A stretch of 64,000 bases of DNA. It comes from an uncultured archaeon (GTDB lineage: Archaea; Thermoplasmatota; Penumbrarchaeia; JASLWR01). Of the stretch, positions 1 to 8,766 are shown piece after piece. The stretch spans positions 184,790 through 248,789 of the forward strand of contig CAYFHS010000002.1 in assembly GCA_964342815.1 (NCBI GenBank), given 5' to 3'. Positions within the stretch are counted from its first letter, which is position 1. Each line of letters opens with the position of its first letter. The notes beneath the pieces were generated by a model. The model ran no database searches and was not told the DNA's origin. It was given only the letters and a program-made list of their open reading frames with translations. The position numbers and the translations under genes were made by a program.

Positions 1-1391
1 GCATTGGGTGCGCTCTCCCTCAGTGCATTTCGTATGTCTCCGGGGGACGTGTCCCCGTTTGCTTCTCTCAGTATGGCTGCCACTCCCGCAACGTGGGGAC
101 ATGACATTGAGGTGCCCTGTGCACCAATGTAGTTCGTGGGATCGACTACGCCGTTTGTCCATCCGGATCCTCCCATGCTCGTTCCCGATGCCCTTGCCGC
201 TTTTATGTACTCACCGGGGGCCAGCACATCGGGTTTCATGGCCCCGGTTGAAATTCCAGGTCCCCTGGATGAGAACGATGAAAGCTGACCATAGTCGTTA
301 CTGGATCCCACCGTGACCACATGGGGAGCGTTCCCGGGTGAACCGATGCGCAGCCCCTCCTCCCCATCGTTCCCGGCTGCTGCACATACAACAATACCAT
401 ATCCCACGGCATCGTTACAGGCACTGTTCATTGAATCACTGTGGACAGGGCTCCCCTGCTGGTTCACCGTCCCTATGGAAAGTGACATAACATGAACATT
501 GTATGTATTGCGATTTGACACGACCCAGTTAACAGCTTCCACCACATAGCCATATGTGGAGGCACCCAATACCCTGGCGATCAACAGATCCGCATTGTAT
601 GCCACGCCTCTGTATCTACCGCCCGATGCCCCGCCGGCAGGAGGATTTCCCGCTGCAATGGATGCGCAGTGAGTACCGTGTCCGTCATCATCATAGGGAC
701 TCCGAACTTGAGGGGGCCAGCTGGTATAATCCTTGAAAGCCAGTATTTTTCCTCCCTGAAAAGCCTCATGGTTGCCATCGATACCAGTATCCAGCACTGC
801 AATCGTGGTTCCTTGGCCTGAAAAACCTGCAGAATACACGTCGGACATGCTAATGGCGTTGCCGGAACTGTCCAAAAGAGTTCTAAGTCTTGGTATTGCA
901 CAGATCTCTGCCACATCCGGAATCGTGGCCACATCGTTCAGAATTCCAACCGGCAGCCTGACGTGTATTTGGTCAATATATTCCGACACCTGCATTATCT
1001 CTGCGCCGGTTTGTTGGAGCGATGAAATGTCGAAGAGAGAATCATCGGTGGAAAGAAGAACCATGCATTCAACGAGGTCTCCCGGCGCTTGATCTCTGAC
1101 CTCTTCCTCGAGAATATCCTCTATGCGGTTGCGATCTACGTCACCGGGGTTGAAACCGCCGTTCTTGTATTCGTTAACATGACCCTTTACAGTATAACCA
1201 AAAAGTTCTTGATGTGCCTGCGTATTTTCATCGAGTGGGGCGGACAAAAGGGAGTTGTAGGGAGATAGAACCGTTCCGCTTTGATCCGTGTAACTAATCT
1301 TAAAAGTACCCGGTTCGGAAATTGCAATCCCCATGAGGGGCATTGCCGACAATAGGACAATAATAAAAATTGTGAAAGTATGAACCGACAT
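1..1391 (-). CDS. Secreted subtilisin-like serine protease (peptidase S8), 3' end truncated by the window edge; absent from the ORF track
   Basis: Hand translation of the minus strand from ATG at 1391 (alternative TTG at 1403 after GGTGG) is open to base 1. It gives a signal peptide (MSVHTFTIFIIVLLSAMPLMGIA), a propeptide, and the S8 motifs AVLDTGID, DDDGHGTHCASIAAG, AAGNDG and GTSMSCPHVAGVAA. Confidence 0.93.
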   Translation of the reverse strand, partial: MSVHTFTIFIIVLLSAMPLMGIAISEPGTFKISYTDQSGTVLSPYNSLLSAPLDENTQAHQELFGYTVKGHVNEYKNGGFNPGDVDRNRIEDILEEEVRDQAPGDLVECMVLLSTDDSLFDISSLQQTGAEIMQVSEYIDQIHVRLPVGILNDVATIPDVAEICAIPRLRTLLDSSGNAISMSDVYSAGFSGQGTTIAVLDTGIDGNHEAFQGGKILAFKDYTSWPPQVRSPYDDDGHGTHCASIAAGNPPAGGASGGRYRGVAYNADLLIARVLGASTYGYVVEAVNWVVSNRNTYNVHVMSLSIGTVNQQGSPVHSDSMNSACNDAVGYGIVVCAAAGNDGEEGLRIGSPGNAPHVVTVGSSNDYGQLSSFSSRGPGISTGAMKPDVLAPGEYIKAARASGTSMGGSGWTNGVVDPTNYIGAQGTSMSCPHVAGVAAILREANGDTSPGDIRNALRESAPN

Positions 1392-1469
1392 TTTATTCGA
1401 CAAATAATCGCCACCTAAGCTACTGAAACATAACCGTGATGCTTTATTTGATTGAAAAACCTTTCTAAA

Positions 1470-2507
1470 TTATATCTTACCACTATTTCTCAGACTAACG
1501 TCCCCCGAACTTACCATGATGGTTTTTCCTTCCCCCACCTCGAGGATCAGACGCCCGTGGTCATCAATACCTCGGGATATTCCCCTCGTCTGCTGCCTTG
1601 GCCCGCTTACGGAAACCTCCTTTCCGGAAAGAAAATCTCTAAGCCGGATCCGTGCGACGATATTCTGGAACCCATCCTGGAAAAAGGTCTGGTAAGCCGT
1701 TTCCAGGGCTTCCAACAGCCCTGTAAAGATATCGATGCGTGAGAACTTTTTCCCCGCAAGCATCTTCAATGAAGCCGCTGCCGCAAGTCCTTTACCGAAA
1801 AAATGATCCTTTTCGATGTTAACGTTGATCCCTATACCGACTATAACCCAGTTCACCCTGTCCATATCGCCATCCATCCAGGTCAGTATCCCGCATATTT
1901 TTTTGTCATTCATCATTATATCGTTGGGCCATTTTATCAATGCAGGGATGCCGGAGATATTTTCAAGATAGCTGGCAATGGCTTCTCCCATGACCAAGGT
2001 AATCCTGCTTACTGCCTGAGTTGCTATATCCGGGCGCAGGAAAAGGGACATGTATATTCCCCCAACTGGCGATTCCCAGATACGCTGCAGTCGGCCCTTA
2101 CCCTGATTCTGTATCTCCGCCAGAACAACGCTTCCCGTTTCCAGCTCTGAAGCCATGGTTTTTGCCATGACATTGGTGGAAGCAGCCTCCGTGTAATAAT
2201 GATAATCCCTTCCAAAATGATCAGTTCTTAATTTATTTTCTATCAGCGGCGGCAGTAACAGGTCCGGTGTTCCGGTCAGACGGTGGCCCCTGGAGGGAAC
2301 CGAGATTATCTGAAAACCCATATCTCTGAGAACTCGAACCGACTTTCCCACGGCAGCCCTCGACAGGCCCAATCGGGCACCTATCATTTGACCTGAAACG
2401 AAGGATTTGGAATTATCATTATCCAGAAGCTCTCGCAGAACGTCCATGGTTGTACCGGTCACGGCACCGGTAGTCGCACTCTTATCATCCTTCATTCTGC
2501 AAAACAC
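1470..2507 (-). CDS. birA: Bifunctional biotin--[acetyl-CoA-carboxylase] ligase / repressor (BirA, with N-terminal wHTH)
   Basis: N-terminal FVSGQMIGARLGLSRAAVGK HTH; QNQGKGRLQRIWESP, IKWPNDI and KKICGIL ligase motifs; C-terminal SH3-like GIDDHGRL. The true start may be one of the downstream Met codons (MDVLRELL). Confidence 0.95.
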   Translation of the reverse strand: MFCRMKDDKSATTGAVTGTTMDVLRELLDNDNSKSFVSGQMIGARLGLSRAAVGKSVRVLRDMGFQIISVPSRGHRLTGTPDLLLPPLIENKLRTDHFGRDYHYYTEAASTNVMAKTMASELETGSVVLAEIQNQGKGRLQRIWESPVGGIYMSLFLRPDIATQAVSRITLVMGEAIASYLENISGIPALIKWPNDIMMNDKKICGILTWMDGDMDRVNWVIVGIGINVNIEKDHFFGKGLAAAASLKMLAGKKFSRIDIFTGLLEALETAYQTFFQDGFQNIVARIRLRDFLSGKEVSVSGPRQQTRGISRGIDDHGRLILEVGEGKTIMVSSGDVSLRNSGKI

Positions 2508-2570
2508 CTTCCGGATCTATGAGACGAAACCGCGAATGAGAAAACAATTATGCTCCACTACATGAGTAAT

Positions 2571-3338
2571 TCATTCGTCGATCCATTTCGGCGGTCTTTT
2601 TTCTAGAAATGCTTCCAGACCTTCGTTTGCGTCCTTTGTGATCATTAGTTCCTTTAGATAGATATCCTCGATCTTTTTCATAGCCGCATGGTAATTGTTC
2701 ATTGTTCCTTCCAAGAATGCCTTCTTCGTCAATCTGAGCACAACCGCACTGTTACAGGCCAGTTTTCCCGTGATGAACCTTTCAGCATCTTCCTCGAAGG
2801 TATCGAATGAGAATATATGATTTACCAGACCCAGCTCACGGGCCTCATCCGCTTTTATGATCTCTCCCGTCAGAAGCAGCTCCAGCGCCTTCTTATGGTG
2901 CATGAGTTTCGGAAATACCGCGGCGGCCACCGGCGGAAAGACACCTACCTTTATCTCCGGCTGCCCGAACTTTGCCCTGTCCGAGGCAAGAACCAGATCG
3001 CAGAACGCAGCCACCTCGCATCCGCCCCCAAGGGCAGCGCCTTTGACCAACGCCACTATAGGTGCGTCTATGTTGTTCATATTGTGAAAAATATCGTGAA
3101 AGACTTGGATCATCTCTTCAGCTTTGCCTCCCATATGATCGGATACGTCCACACCTGCCGAGAATGCCTTTCCCCTGGCATCCAGCACCAGTATCTTGAG
3201 CTTCCGCCCCTGGAAAGACTTCAACGCGTCGTTTATCTCCTGCATCATTTCGATGTTCAAAATATTTACGGGAGGCCTGTTGAAGGTGATCCTCCCTACA
3301 AGGTCATGCTCATCCACTATGATAGTTTTGTATTCCAT
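2571..3338 (-). CDS. dch: Crotonase-family hydratase, most like cyclohexa-1,5-diene-1-carbonyl-CoA hydratase (Dch/BamR)
   Basis: NRPPVNIL, FSAGVDVSDH, ALGGGCE and FGQPEIKVGVFPPVAA motifs; directly downstream of had and opposite oah. Confidence 0.85.
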   Translation of the reverse strand: MEYKTIIVDEHDLVGRITFNRPPVNILNIEMMQEINDALKSFQGRKLKILVLDARGKAFSAGVDVSDHMGGKAEEMIQVFHDIFHNMNNIDAPIVALVKGAALGGGCEVAAFCDLVLASDRAKFGQPEIKVGVFPPVAAAVFPKLMHHKKALELLLTGEIIKADEARELGLVNHIFSFDTFEEDAERFITGKLACNSAVVLRLTKKAFLEGTMNNYHAAMKKIEDIYLKELMITKDANEGLEAFLEKRPPKWIDE

Positions 3339-3457
3339 TTTATCTTGCTCCTTTCAAGACCCGGATATCTCTTGATAACCACCATTGGATTAAGTCAAAT
3401 CGTTCCTGCCATAGTTCTTTTTTCAGGTATCCCATGGTAGCTTTGGGATAAGGGAAT

Positions 3458-4585
3458 TCATGCGAAATCGGGTGTCAAAACGATTCTTCTCACCAGTTTT
3501 CCGGATTTCGCGTCCTCGAAAGCTTCCTTTATGCCGCTCATAGGTCTTGTCTCAACGAATGGTTTGATCTTTATGGTTCCGTCCAATACCCATTTCAATA
3601 CGTTATCGTAGTATTTCGGGAGACATCCCCAGGTACCGATGATATCAGCATCGAAAGCCATCAAGCGCGATATGCTGTACTGATTCTTCTGCATGCCGAA
3701 TCCTACCACGATTAATTTTCCGATGAAAGACAGCAATGCCAGCGCCATTTCCTGTCCTGCTTTGGTCCCCGTAACCTCGAATATCTTCCATCCATAGCTG
3801 GATGGCAGACCGTTCTGCTTGCAGATTCCTTTGAATTCGTTCTTCACGGCAAAGGCGTCCTTGTCGATGGAGTTGATTACGAAATCCGCCCCGTAATTCA
3901 GGGCGCGTTCGAGCTTTTCCCTGCTGATGTCGATCCCGATGACGGAATTAGCTCCAAATGCCTTGGCCATCTGCGTGACATAAACCCCCACACCCCCTCC
4001 CGTCCCGATTACAATCACGTTGTCTCCAATCCCGAGATCCCCCCTTACGCACGCCTGATAAGGCGTGGTGACCGCATCGGCTATGACTGCCAGTTCCTCT
4101 AGATCAAAACCATCTCGTCCCTCCACGAAACAGAGGTCCTTCACAGGTACCGGAATGTGGCTGGAGTATCCTCCGTAAATCCCAATGCTGTTCCCCGGCA
4201 TTTTCTGGCCAAGGCACCGGTTACCCCTGCCTGCTTCGCATATGGGGCAGTCGTTACACGGCAAAACCGCGGGAATTATTACCTCCCTTCCGATGAATCT
4301 TCCCTCTCCTGCAACGATAACGCCCGATATCTCATGTCCAAGTGTCAAGGGTGGGCCGGTTATCGTGGGGACGCCGTGATAGTAATAGCCCAGGTCGGTG
4401 TGGCAAACACCGCATCCTGCTACTTTCACGAGAACTTCGCCTTCTGATAATTCTGGTACCTGGATCTCCGTGAGCTCGATCAGTCCCTCCGTAATCTTTC
4501 CTGTTTCTCTATCTTTTTTCCAGGGTCGGACCATCTGCCATGTCTTTATCATTTCGGGTAGATCCATCTTTTCCTCTCCTGTCAT
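3458..4585 (-). CDS. had: 6-hydroxycyclohex-1-ene-1-carbonyl-CoA dehydrogenase (Had/BamQ, Zn-dependent MDR family)
   Basis: GCGVCHTDLGYYYHGVPT, LGHEISG, structural Zn motif CNDCPICEAGRGNRC, ADAVTTPYQA, and the Had-typical C-terminus SRLMAFDADIIGTWGCLPKYY. Confidence 0.9.
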   Translation of the reverse strand: MTGEEKMDLPEMIKTWQMVRPWKKDRETGKITEGLIELTEIQVPELSEGEVLVKVAGCGVCHTDLGYYYHGVPTITGPPLTLGHEISGVIVAGEGRFIGREVIIPAVLPCNDCPICEAGRGNRCLGQKMPGNSIGIYGGYSSHIPVPVKDLCFVEGRDGFDLEELAVIADAVTTPYQACVRGDLGIGDNVIVIGTGGGVGVYVTQMAKAFGANSVIGIDISREKLERALNYGADFVINSIDKDAFAVKNEFKGICKQNGLPSSYGWKIFEVTGTKAGQEMALALLSFIGKLIVVGFGMQKNQYSISRLMAFDADIIGTWGCLPKYYDNVLKWVLDGTIKIKPFVETRPMSGIKEAFEDAKSGKLVRRIVLTPDFA

Positions 4586-4620
4586 TCCGAATCCATACCA
4601 CTGTGGTTGTGCGAATCGTG

Positions 4621-4667
4621 CAAGTGCATGATTATATCGATATTTAATATTATTGTAACAAGTGCAT
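4621..4667. promoter_or_regulatory. Divergent had/oah promoter region with a 9-bp direct repeat and a 10-bp palindrome (candidate operator)
   Basis: CAAGTGCAT at 4621-4629 and 4659-4667 flanks an AT-rich TATA-like tract that contains the palindrome ATATCGATAT (4634-4643). Confidence 0.4.
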
Positions 4668-4792
4668 TCACGGCATTGGAGGGACCCATATCAATACCAC
4701 GAAAAGTATCATATATTATTAATCCGATAAGGTCGAATCCAACGGATCGAGGCGTCATAATCAATCAAACAATCAGATAATGGAGGGAAAAA

Positions 4793-5935
4793 ATGACATT
4801 AAATTGGTTACCGAGAGAAGATGAGATAAAGAATCATGAGTTGTTCAAGGGAGACGAATATTTCGGAACGGAAGCTCCCTGTACGATGTATGAAAAGAAA
4901 CCTGTACTGGATCCGAAGGGAAATGAAGTGGAAGGACTTTATTCCGCATGGATAACGCTGAATAATCCCCGTCAGTACAATTCGTATACCACCGAGATGG
5001 TGAAGGGAGTTATCGCAGGATTCCACAACGCATCGGTGGACCGGACCGTGGTAGCCGTGGTCTTCACCGGCGCAGGCGACAGGGCGTTCTGTACAGGTGG
5101 CAACACCAAGGAATATGCTGAATACTATTCCAAGCGCTGCAACGAGTACGGGGAGTACATGGAACTGTTCAACCACATGGTGGATGCCATACTCTTCTGT
5201 AAAAAACCGGTTATATGCAGGGTGAACGGTATGAGGATCGCGGGAGGTCAGGAGATTGGTATGGCCGCAGACCTTGCAGTCAGTTCCGATCTTGCGATCT
5301 TCGGGCAGGCCGGACCCAAGCACGGCAGCGCCCCTGACGGGGGCTCCAGCGATTTCCTGCCCTGGTATCTGGGGATCGAGGACGCAATGTGGAACTGCAT
5401 AAGCTGCGAGATGTGGTCCTCTTACAAGATGAAGAGACTCGGTTTCATATCAAAGGCGGTCCCGGTGATCAAGGAAGGGGACAAGTGGATCAGGAATCCC
5501 CAGGTGATCACAGATAAATATGTGGATGACGGCGAGATAGTATACGGCGAGTTCAAGACCGGAGACGAGTTCAAGGAAGCGAGAAAATACGTTTGGAACG
5601 CCAAGACCGACTTCGAGCTTCTGGACAAGGCGGTTAACGATATCATCTGGCGGTTCACGAACCTGTTCCCCGGCTGTCTCATCAAGACCATCGACAGCAT
5701 TAGAGCCAAGAAAAAGTTCTTCTGGGATTACTCCAAGAACTACAACAGGCACTGGCTGGCGGCGAATATGGCCGGAGAGGCATTCCTTGGATTCCATGCC
5801 TTCAACACGAAGAAGATCACAGGCAAGGACACCATCGATTTCATCAAATACCGCCAGCTGATAGCTGAGGGAGCATACCAGGACGACGACTTGTTCGAGG
5901 CCGTTCTGGGAAAGCCGCTGCCGAAAGATGAATAA
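4793..5935 (+). CDS. oah: 6-oxocyclohex-1-ene-1-carbonyl-CoA hydrolase (Oah/BamA, ring-opening)
   Basis: WITLNNPRQYNSYTTEMVKGVI, AFCTGGNTKEYAEYY, GMRIAGGQEIGMAADL, GPKHGSAPDGGSSDF and WLAANMAGEAFLGF are Oah-family motifs; length ~380 aa fits. Confidence 0.95.
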   Translation: MTLNWLPREDEIKNHELFKGDEYFGTEAPCTMYEKKPVLDPKGNEVEGLYSAWITLNNPRQYNSYTTEMVKGVIAGFHNASVDRTVVAVVFTGAGDRAFCTGGNTKEYAEYYSKRCNEYGEYMELFNHMVDAILFCKKPVICRVNGMRIAGGQEIGMAADLAVSSDLAIFGQAGPKHGSAPDGGSSDFLPWYLGIEDAMWNCISCEMWSSYKMKRLGFISKAVPVIKEGDKWIRNPQVITDKYVDDGEIVYGEFKTGDEFKEARKYVWNAKTDFELLDKAVNDIIWRFTNLFPGCLIKTIDSIRAKKKFFWDYSKNYNRHWLAANMAGEAFLGFHAFNTKKITGKDTIDFIKYRQLIAEGAYQDDDLFEAVLGKPLPKDE

Positions 5936-6017
5936 ACCGCTTTTTAATGTTTCGCGGGGATGCGTTCAAACACTCCCCGTTTATTCTATTATTAATGGTA
6001 CGAAGTCAGGGTACTAC

Positions 6018-6422
6018 ATGAAAACCTTCATCACACGAACCCGCGCAAGATACGCTGAGACCGATACCGCGGAGGTTTTGTACTACGGTAGCTATTTTTT
6101 ATACTTCGAGGTGGGTCGGATCGAGATGTTCCGCGAGCTGAATCTGCCTTACAGAAGGGACATTCCCATTGTGGATACTTACTGCAAGTATCTGAGACCG
6201 GGCTATTTCGACGACCTTCTTGAAATTCATACGAAATTCGACGATATCACGGAAAAGGGATTCAAGATAAGGTCCTTTGTTCATCGCGTAACAGATGACG
6301 GAACTCTAGAACAAATTGCAGAAGGGTACGTCACAATGGTATACGTTAACGAGGACCGGAAGGTGAGCCCGCTGCCGGATTATTTCGTGGAAGTTTTCGA
6401 GAAGATCGGGGCGGAGGAGTAG
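6018..6422 (+). CDS. Hotdog-fold acyl-CoA thioesterase (4-hydroxybenzoyl-CoA thioesterase / YbgC-like)
   Basis: RARYAETDTAEVLYYGSYFLYFEVGR motif. Start placed at ATG 6018 rather than the ORF-track start at 5928. Confidence 0.85.
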   Translation: MKTFITRTRARYAETDTAEVLYYGSYFLYFEVGRIEMFRELNLPYRRDIPIVDTYCKYLRPGYFDDLLEIHTKFDDITEKGFKIRSFVHRVTDDGTLEQIAEGYVTMVYVNEDRKVSPLPDYFVEVFEKIGAEE

Positions 6423-6446
6423 CGGTCGTTGACTATTTTGCCCAGA

Positions 6447-7025
6447 TTAGTTCTTTGGAGGAAAAAGAGCTTTTTTAATCCTGGCTTTGCCCTCCTCGTA
6501 ATGGAATCTCTTTTCGAATAACCAATCATTGTTTGTTTCAATTGAAATATTATCATATTGTTTCTTTTTTTCTAATATATAATTATTGATCTTTTCCAAT
6601 TCATCTTTTGACCCTAAATCAGCTACCGCAATGGTAATATCTTCATCGTTTGCCATAATTGTAAGAGTATAACTGGTCTGTGATGGTGAATTATACCCTC
6701 CACCTAAAATCTTCTTTACATAGGCAGCATGTGAGATTTCAGACCAAAGCGCATCGAACTTCTTTTTCTTTCCAATCCAATATTGAAATCGTATGTTATC
6801 TAACATTACCGTTTTTATCCTCCATGTAAAGGGTAGTAGAATTGCTCCCAGTATAAAAACAGCGGAACCTATCAATATCCACCACATTCGATAACCCAAC
6901 TTCCCTTCTATACCAACAAATAATGACATAAGTCCAAAAAGGCACAAAGAGGAAGCTCCAACTACATTTATCCATGGTCTTTTAGATATTATAAGAGGTT
7001 CCAATGTCATCTTGATTTCTCCCAA
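6447..7025 (-). CDS. Hypothetical membrane protein (2 TM + small beta domain, possibly bacterial PH-like)
   Basis: Two hydrophobic helices followed by a beta-rich segment with LWSEI; AT-rich codon usage. Confidence 0.6.
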   Translation of the reverse strand: MGEIKMTLEPLIISKRPWINVVGASSLCLFGLMSLFVGIEGKLGYRMWWILIGSAVFILGAILLPFTWRIKTVMLDNIRFQYWIGKKKKFDALWSEISHAAYVKKILGGGYNSPSQTSYTLTIMANDEDITIAVADLGSKDELEKINNYILEKKKQYDNISIETNNDWLFEKRFHYEEGKARIKKALFPPKN

Positions 7026-7173
7026 TCCCTTTTTGAATACCTTTCTATCAAATTCGGATTACATTCTTAAATAACTTTTAACATTTATTAAAATCTTCTG
7101 GTCCCGCTGTCAATCAATCTTCTTCATTATCACGGAAGGGTACGTCTCTATGAAATACTGGAATGGATTTTCA

Positions 7174-7189
7174 ATTGATATTTATCAAT
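7174..7189. promoter_or_regulatory. Palindrome ATTGATA-TT-TATCAAT in the island's intergenic gap
   Basis: 7+2+7 inverted repeat about 150 bp upstream of the 6447..7025 gene; the AT-rich context makes chance plausible. Confidence 0.3.
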
Positions 7190-7210
7190 CATAAAATGAA
7201 TTAAATCCAA

Positions 7211-7741
7211 TTATTTGGAGTCATAAAATTCCCTGATGAGAGAAAAATATTCCTTCCATTCTTTCGTATTTTCCGGATAAGTGGTCAATGCAGTTTCTAA
7301 CTTATTTTCCCAGGTATTTCTTCCCATCTCTTCTTTTAGAATATCACGGACTTCGTCAAAGCGCTTTGTATAAGGATCGTCATATGTAATCATGAATTTT
7401 TCATTCGAATCCGTTGATCGAAACAAGAATACAAGGCATCGACATTTTCGGTTCTTAATACCGCGGATAATGGAGAAACCGAGCACGCTCCTCTCGGATT
7501 GCCTGATCGAAATAATCTCATCAAACAGAATAGCGTGCCATTTTTCTCCCATAAGCATGGATGGTATCTGCCTCTGTACTACTGCTGTGTCGAAACGCTT
7601 TTCGTCATCCAAAACCGGGAATTTTATATTTTTTATTTTTACGCCCTTTGCGAATACGATAATATCGTCGTTTGAGCTGTGGGTTTTTAGGGGGTATACC
7701 TTGTCCCCGAAGAGTAACTTTTTATCGATCATCCGGCTCAT
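7211..7741 (-). CDS. Hypothetical protein (possible PH-like beta domain)
   Basis: Open 176-aa ORF overlapping the upstream stop (ATGA coupling) with a GGTGAGGGG RBS; ILFDEII motif. Confidence 0.6.
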   Translation of the reverse strand: MSRMIDKKLLFGDKVYPLKTHSSNDDIIVFAKGVKIKNIKFPVLDDEKRFDTAVVQRQIPSMLMGEKWHAILFDEIISIRQSERSVLGFSIIRGIKNRKCRCLVFLFRSTDSNEKFMITYDDPYTKRFDEVRDILKEEMGRNTWENKLETALTTYPENTKEWKEYFSLIREFYDSK

Positions 7742-8760
7742 CGCCCCTCACCTCTTTTTGACGATTTGATATGATTGCTCTTTTTCGGTCTGGCAATCAA
7801 CCTAAAGGAAAATAAAGGATGCCTCTTTTGAGATTGCCGCTCACTGAAACGCTCTCCGATAAGTTCGCCTCCTTTACCCCACGGCACAAGGTCACTTCCC
7901 CTGCTATACCCTCCCGCCCCGCCATAATACTTGTATCTCTCCCCCGGCTTGCACCACTCCCATACATTACCGAGCATGTCGTAAAGACCCCAAGGATTCG
8001 GAAGTAGGCTGCCAACTGGGAATACCATGCCCTTTTCATCCGGAAAGACGGTTTTACCCATTCCTAGAAATCCTTCCATCAGGATGAAGACATGCTGAAA
8101 TTTTTCATTGAGATAGGTTTTGGGATGCTTCCCCTGCTCATTGGCATATAATGCGAAATACCATTCCTCGAAGGTGGGCAGAGCGAATCTGAATTCAGCG
8201 TTCTTTTTATTCAAGGTATTTATGAATTCCTTGATCTCCTTCACCGACACGTGGGTGACGGGATATTCAGTCTTGACGGGGACATCGGGTCTTCGTTTCC
8301 GTCCCATCATCTTTTCCCATGGTTTGGTTTTAACCGCTTTGTACCACTGTCCCCTTGTTACTGGATATACACCCATATAATGATCCCTGAAAGGTAAATT
8401 TCTGAAAAGAATTCCGTTGATCTCGATCTGATCGAACCGGTCCGAATTTGTTTCTTTCCAGTCCTGAATTTTGCACATGACTTCATTCCTTTTTTTCCTT
8501 TTATGATCCCATTCCTTCATATCCTTGGCAGCTTTTCGCGCCATGAGAAGATACATTATTCCTCCAAGAATCGGGAGGAAGACATAAATGATAAAAAGAG
8601 AATTTGCATTCCTTTTTTCACCGCTGTATGAGTCCCGTGCGGAAAGCAGTATTTTCTTCTTTCGAGTGAACCTCCAGATGGCGAATATCATGATAATGTG
8701 GGTAGCCAGGACGCCTAATGTTATAATTTCTGCGATCATAGAATCCCTCCATCGAAGCAT
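7738..8760 (-). CDS. Membrane-anchored FGE-sulfatase / SUMF1 (C-type-lectin-fold) domain protein
   Basis: Two N-terminal TM helices; YPVTRGQW, YPVTHVS, FALPTFEEW, PNPWGLYDMLGNVWEWC and terminal FSFRL motifs. Confidence 0.85.
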   Translation of the reverse strand: MLRWRDSMIAEIITLGVLATHIIMIFAIWRFTRKKKILLSARDSYSGEKRNANSLFIIYVFLPILGGIMYLLMARKAAKDMKEWDHKRKKRNEVMCKIQDWKETNSDRFDQIEINGILFRNLPFRDHYMGVYPVTRGQWYKAVKTKPWEKMMGRKRRPDVPVKTEYPVTHVSVKEIKEFINTLNKKNAEFRFALPTFEEWYFALYANEQGKHPKTYLNEKFQHVFILMEGFLGMGKTVFPDEKGMVFPVGSLLPNPWGLYDMLGNVWEWCKPGERYKYYGGAGGYSRGSDLVPWGKGGELIGERFSERQSQKRHPLFSFRLIARPKKSNHIKSSKRGEGR

Positions 8761-8766
8761 TTTATA

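Noticed and set aside
30-60. Apparent frameshift or stop near the end of the S8 protease
   Set aside because: Recounting the G5 run at 42-46 keeps the frame open (…DTSPGDIRNALRESAPN) to the window edge.
7738-7960. FGE-sulfatase/CLec C-terminus as a diversity-generating retroelement variable region
   Set aside because: No second copy (template repeat with adenine-specific mismatches) and no reverse transcriptase seen in the window. A remote TR elsewhere in the genome cannot be excluded.
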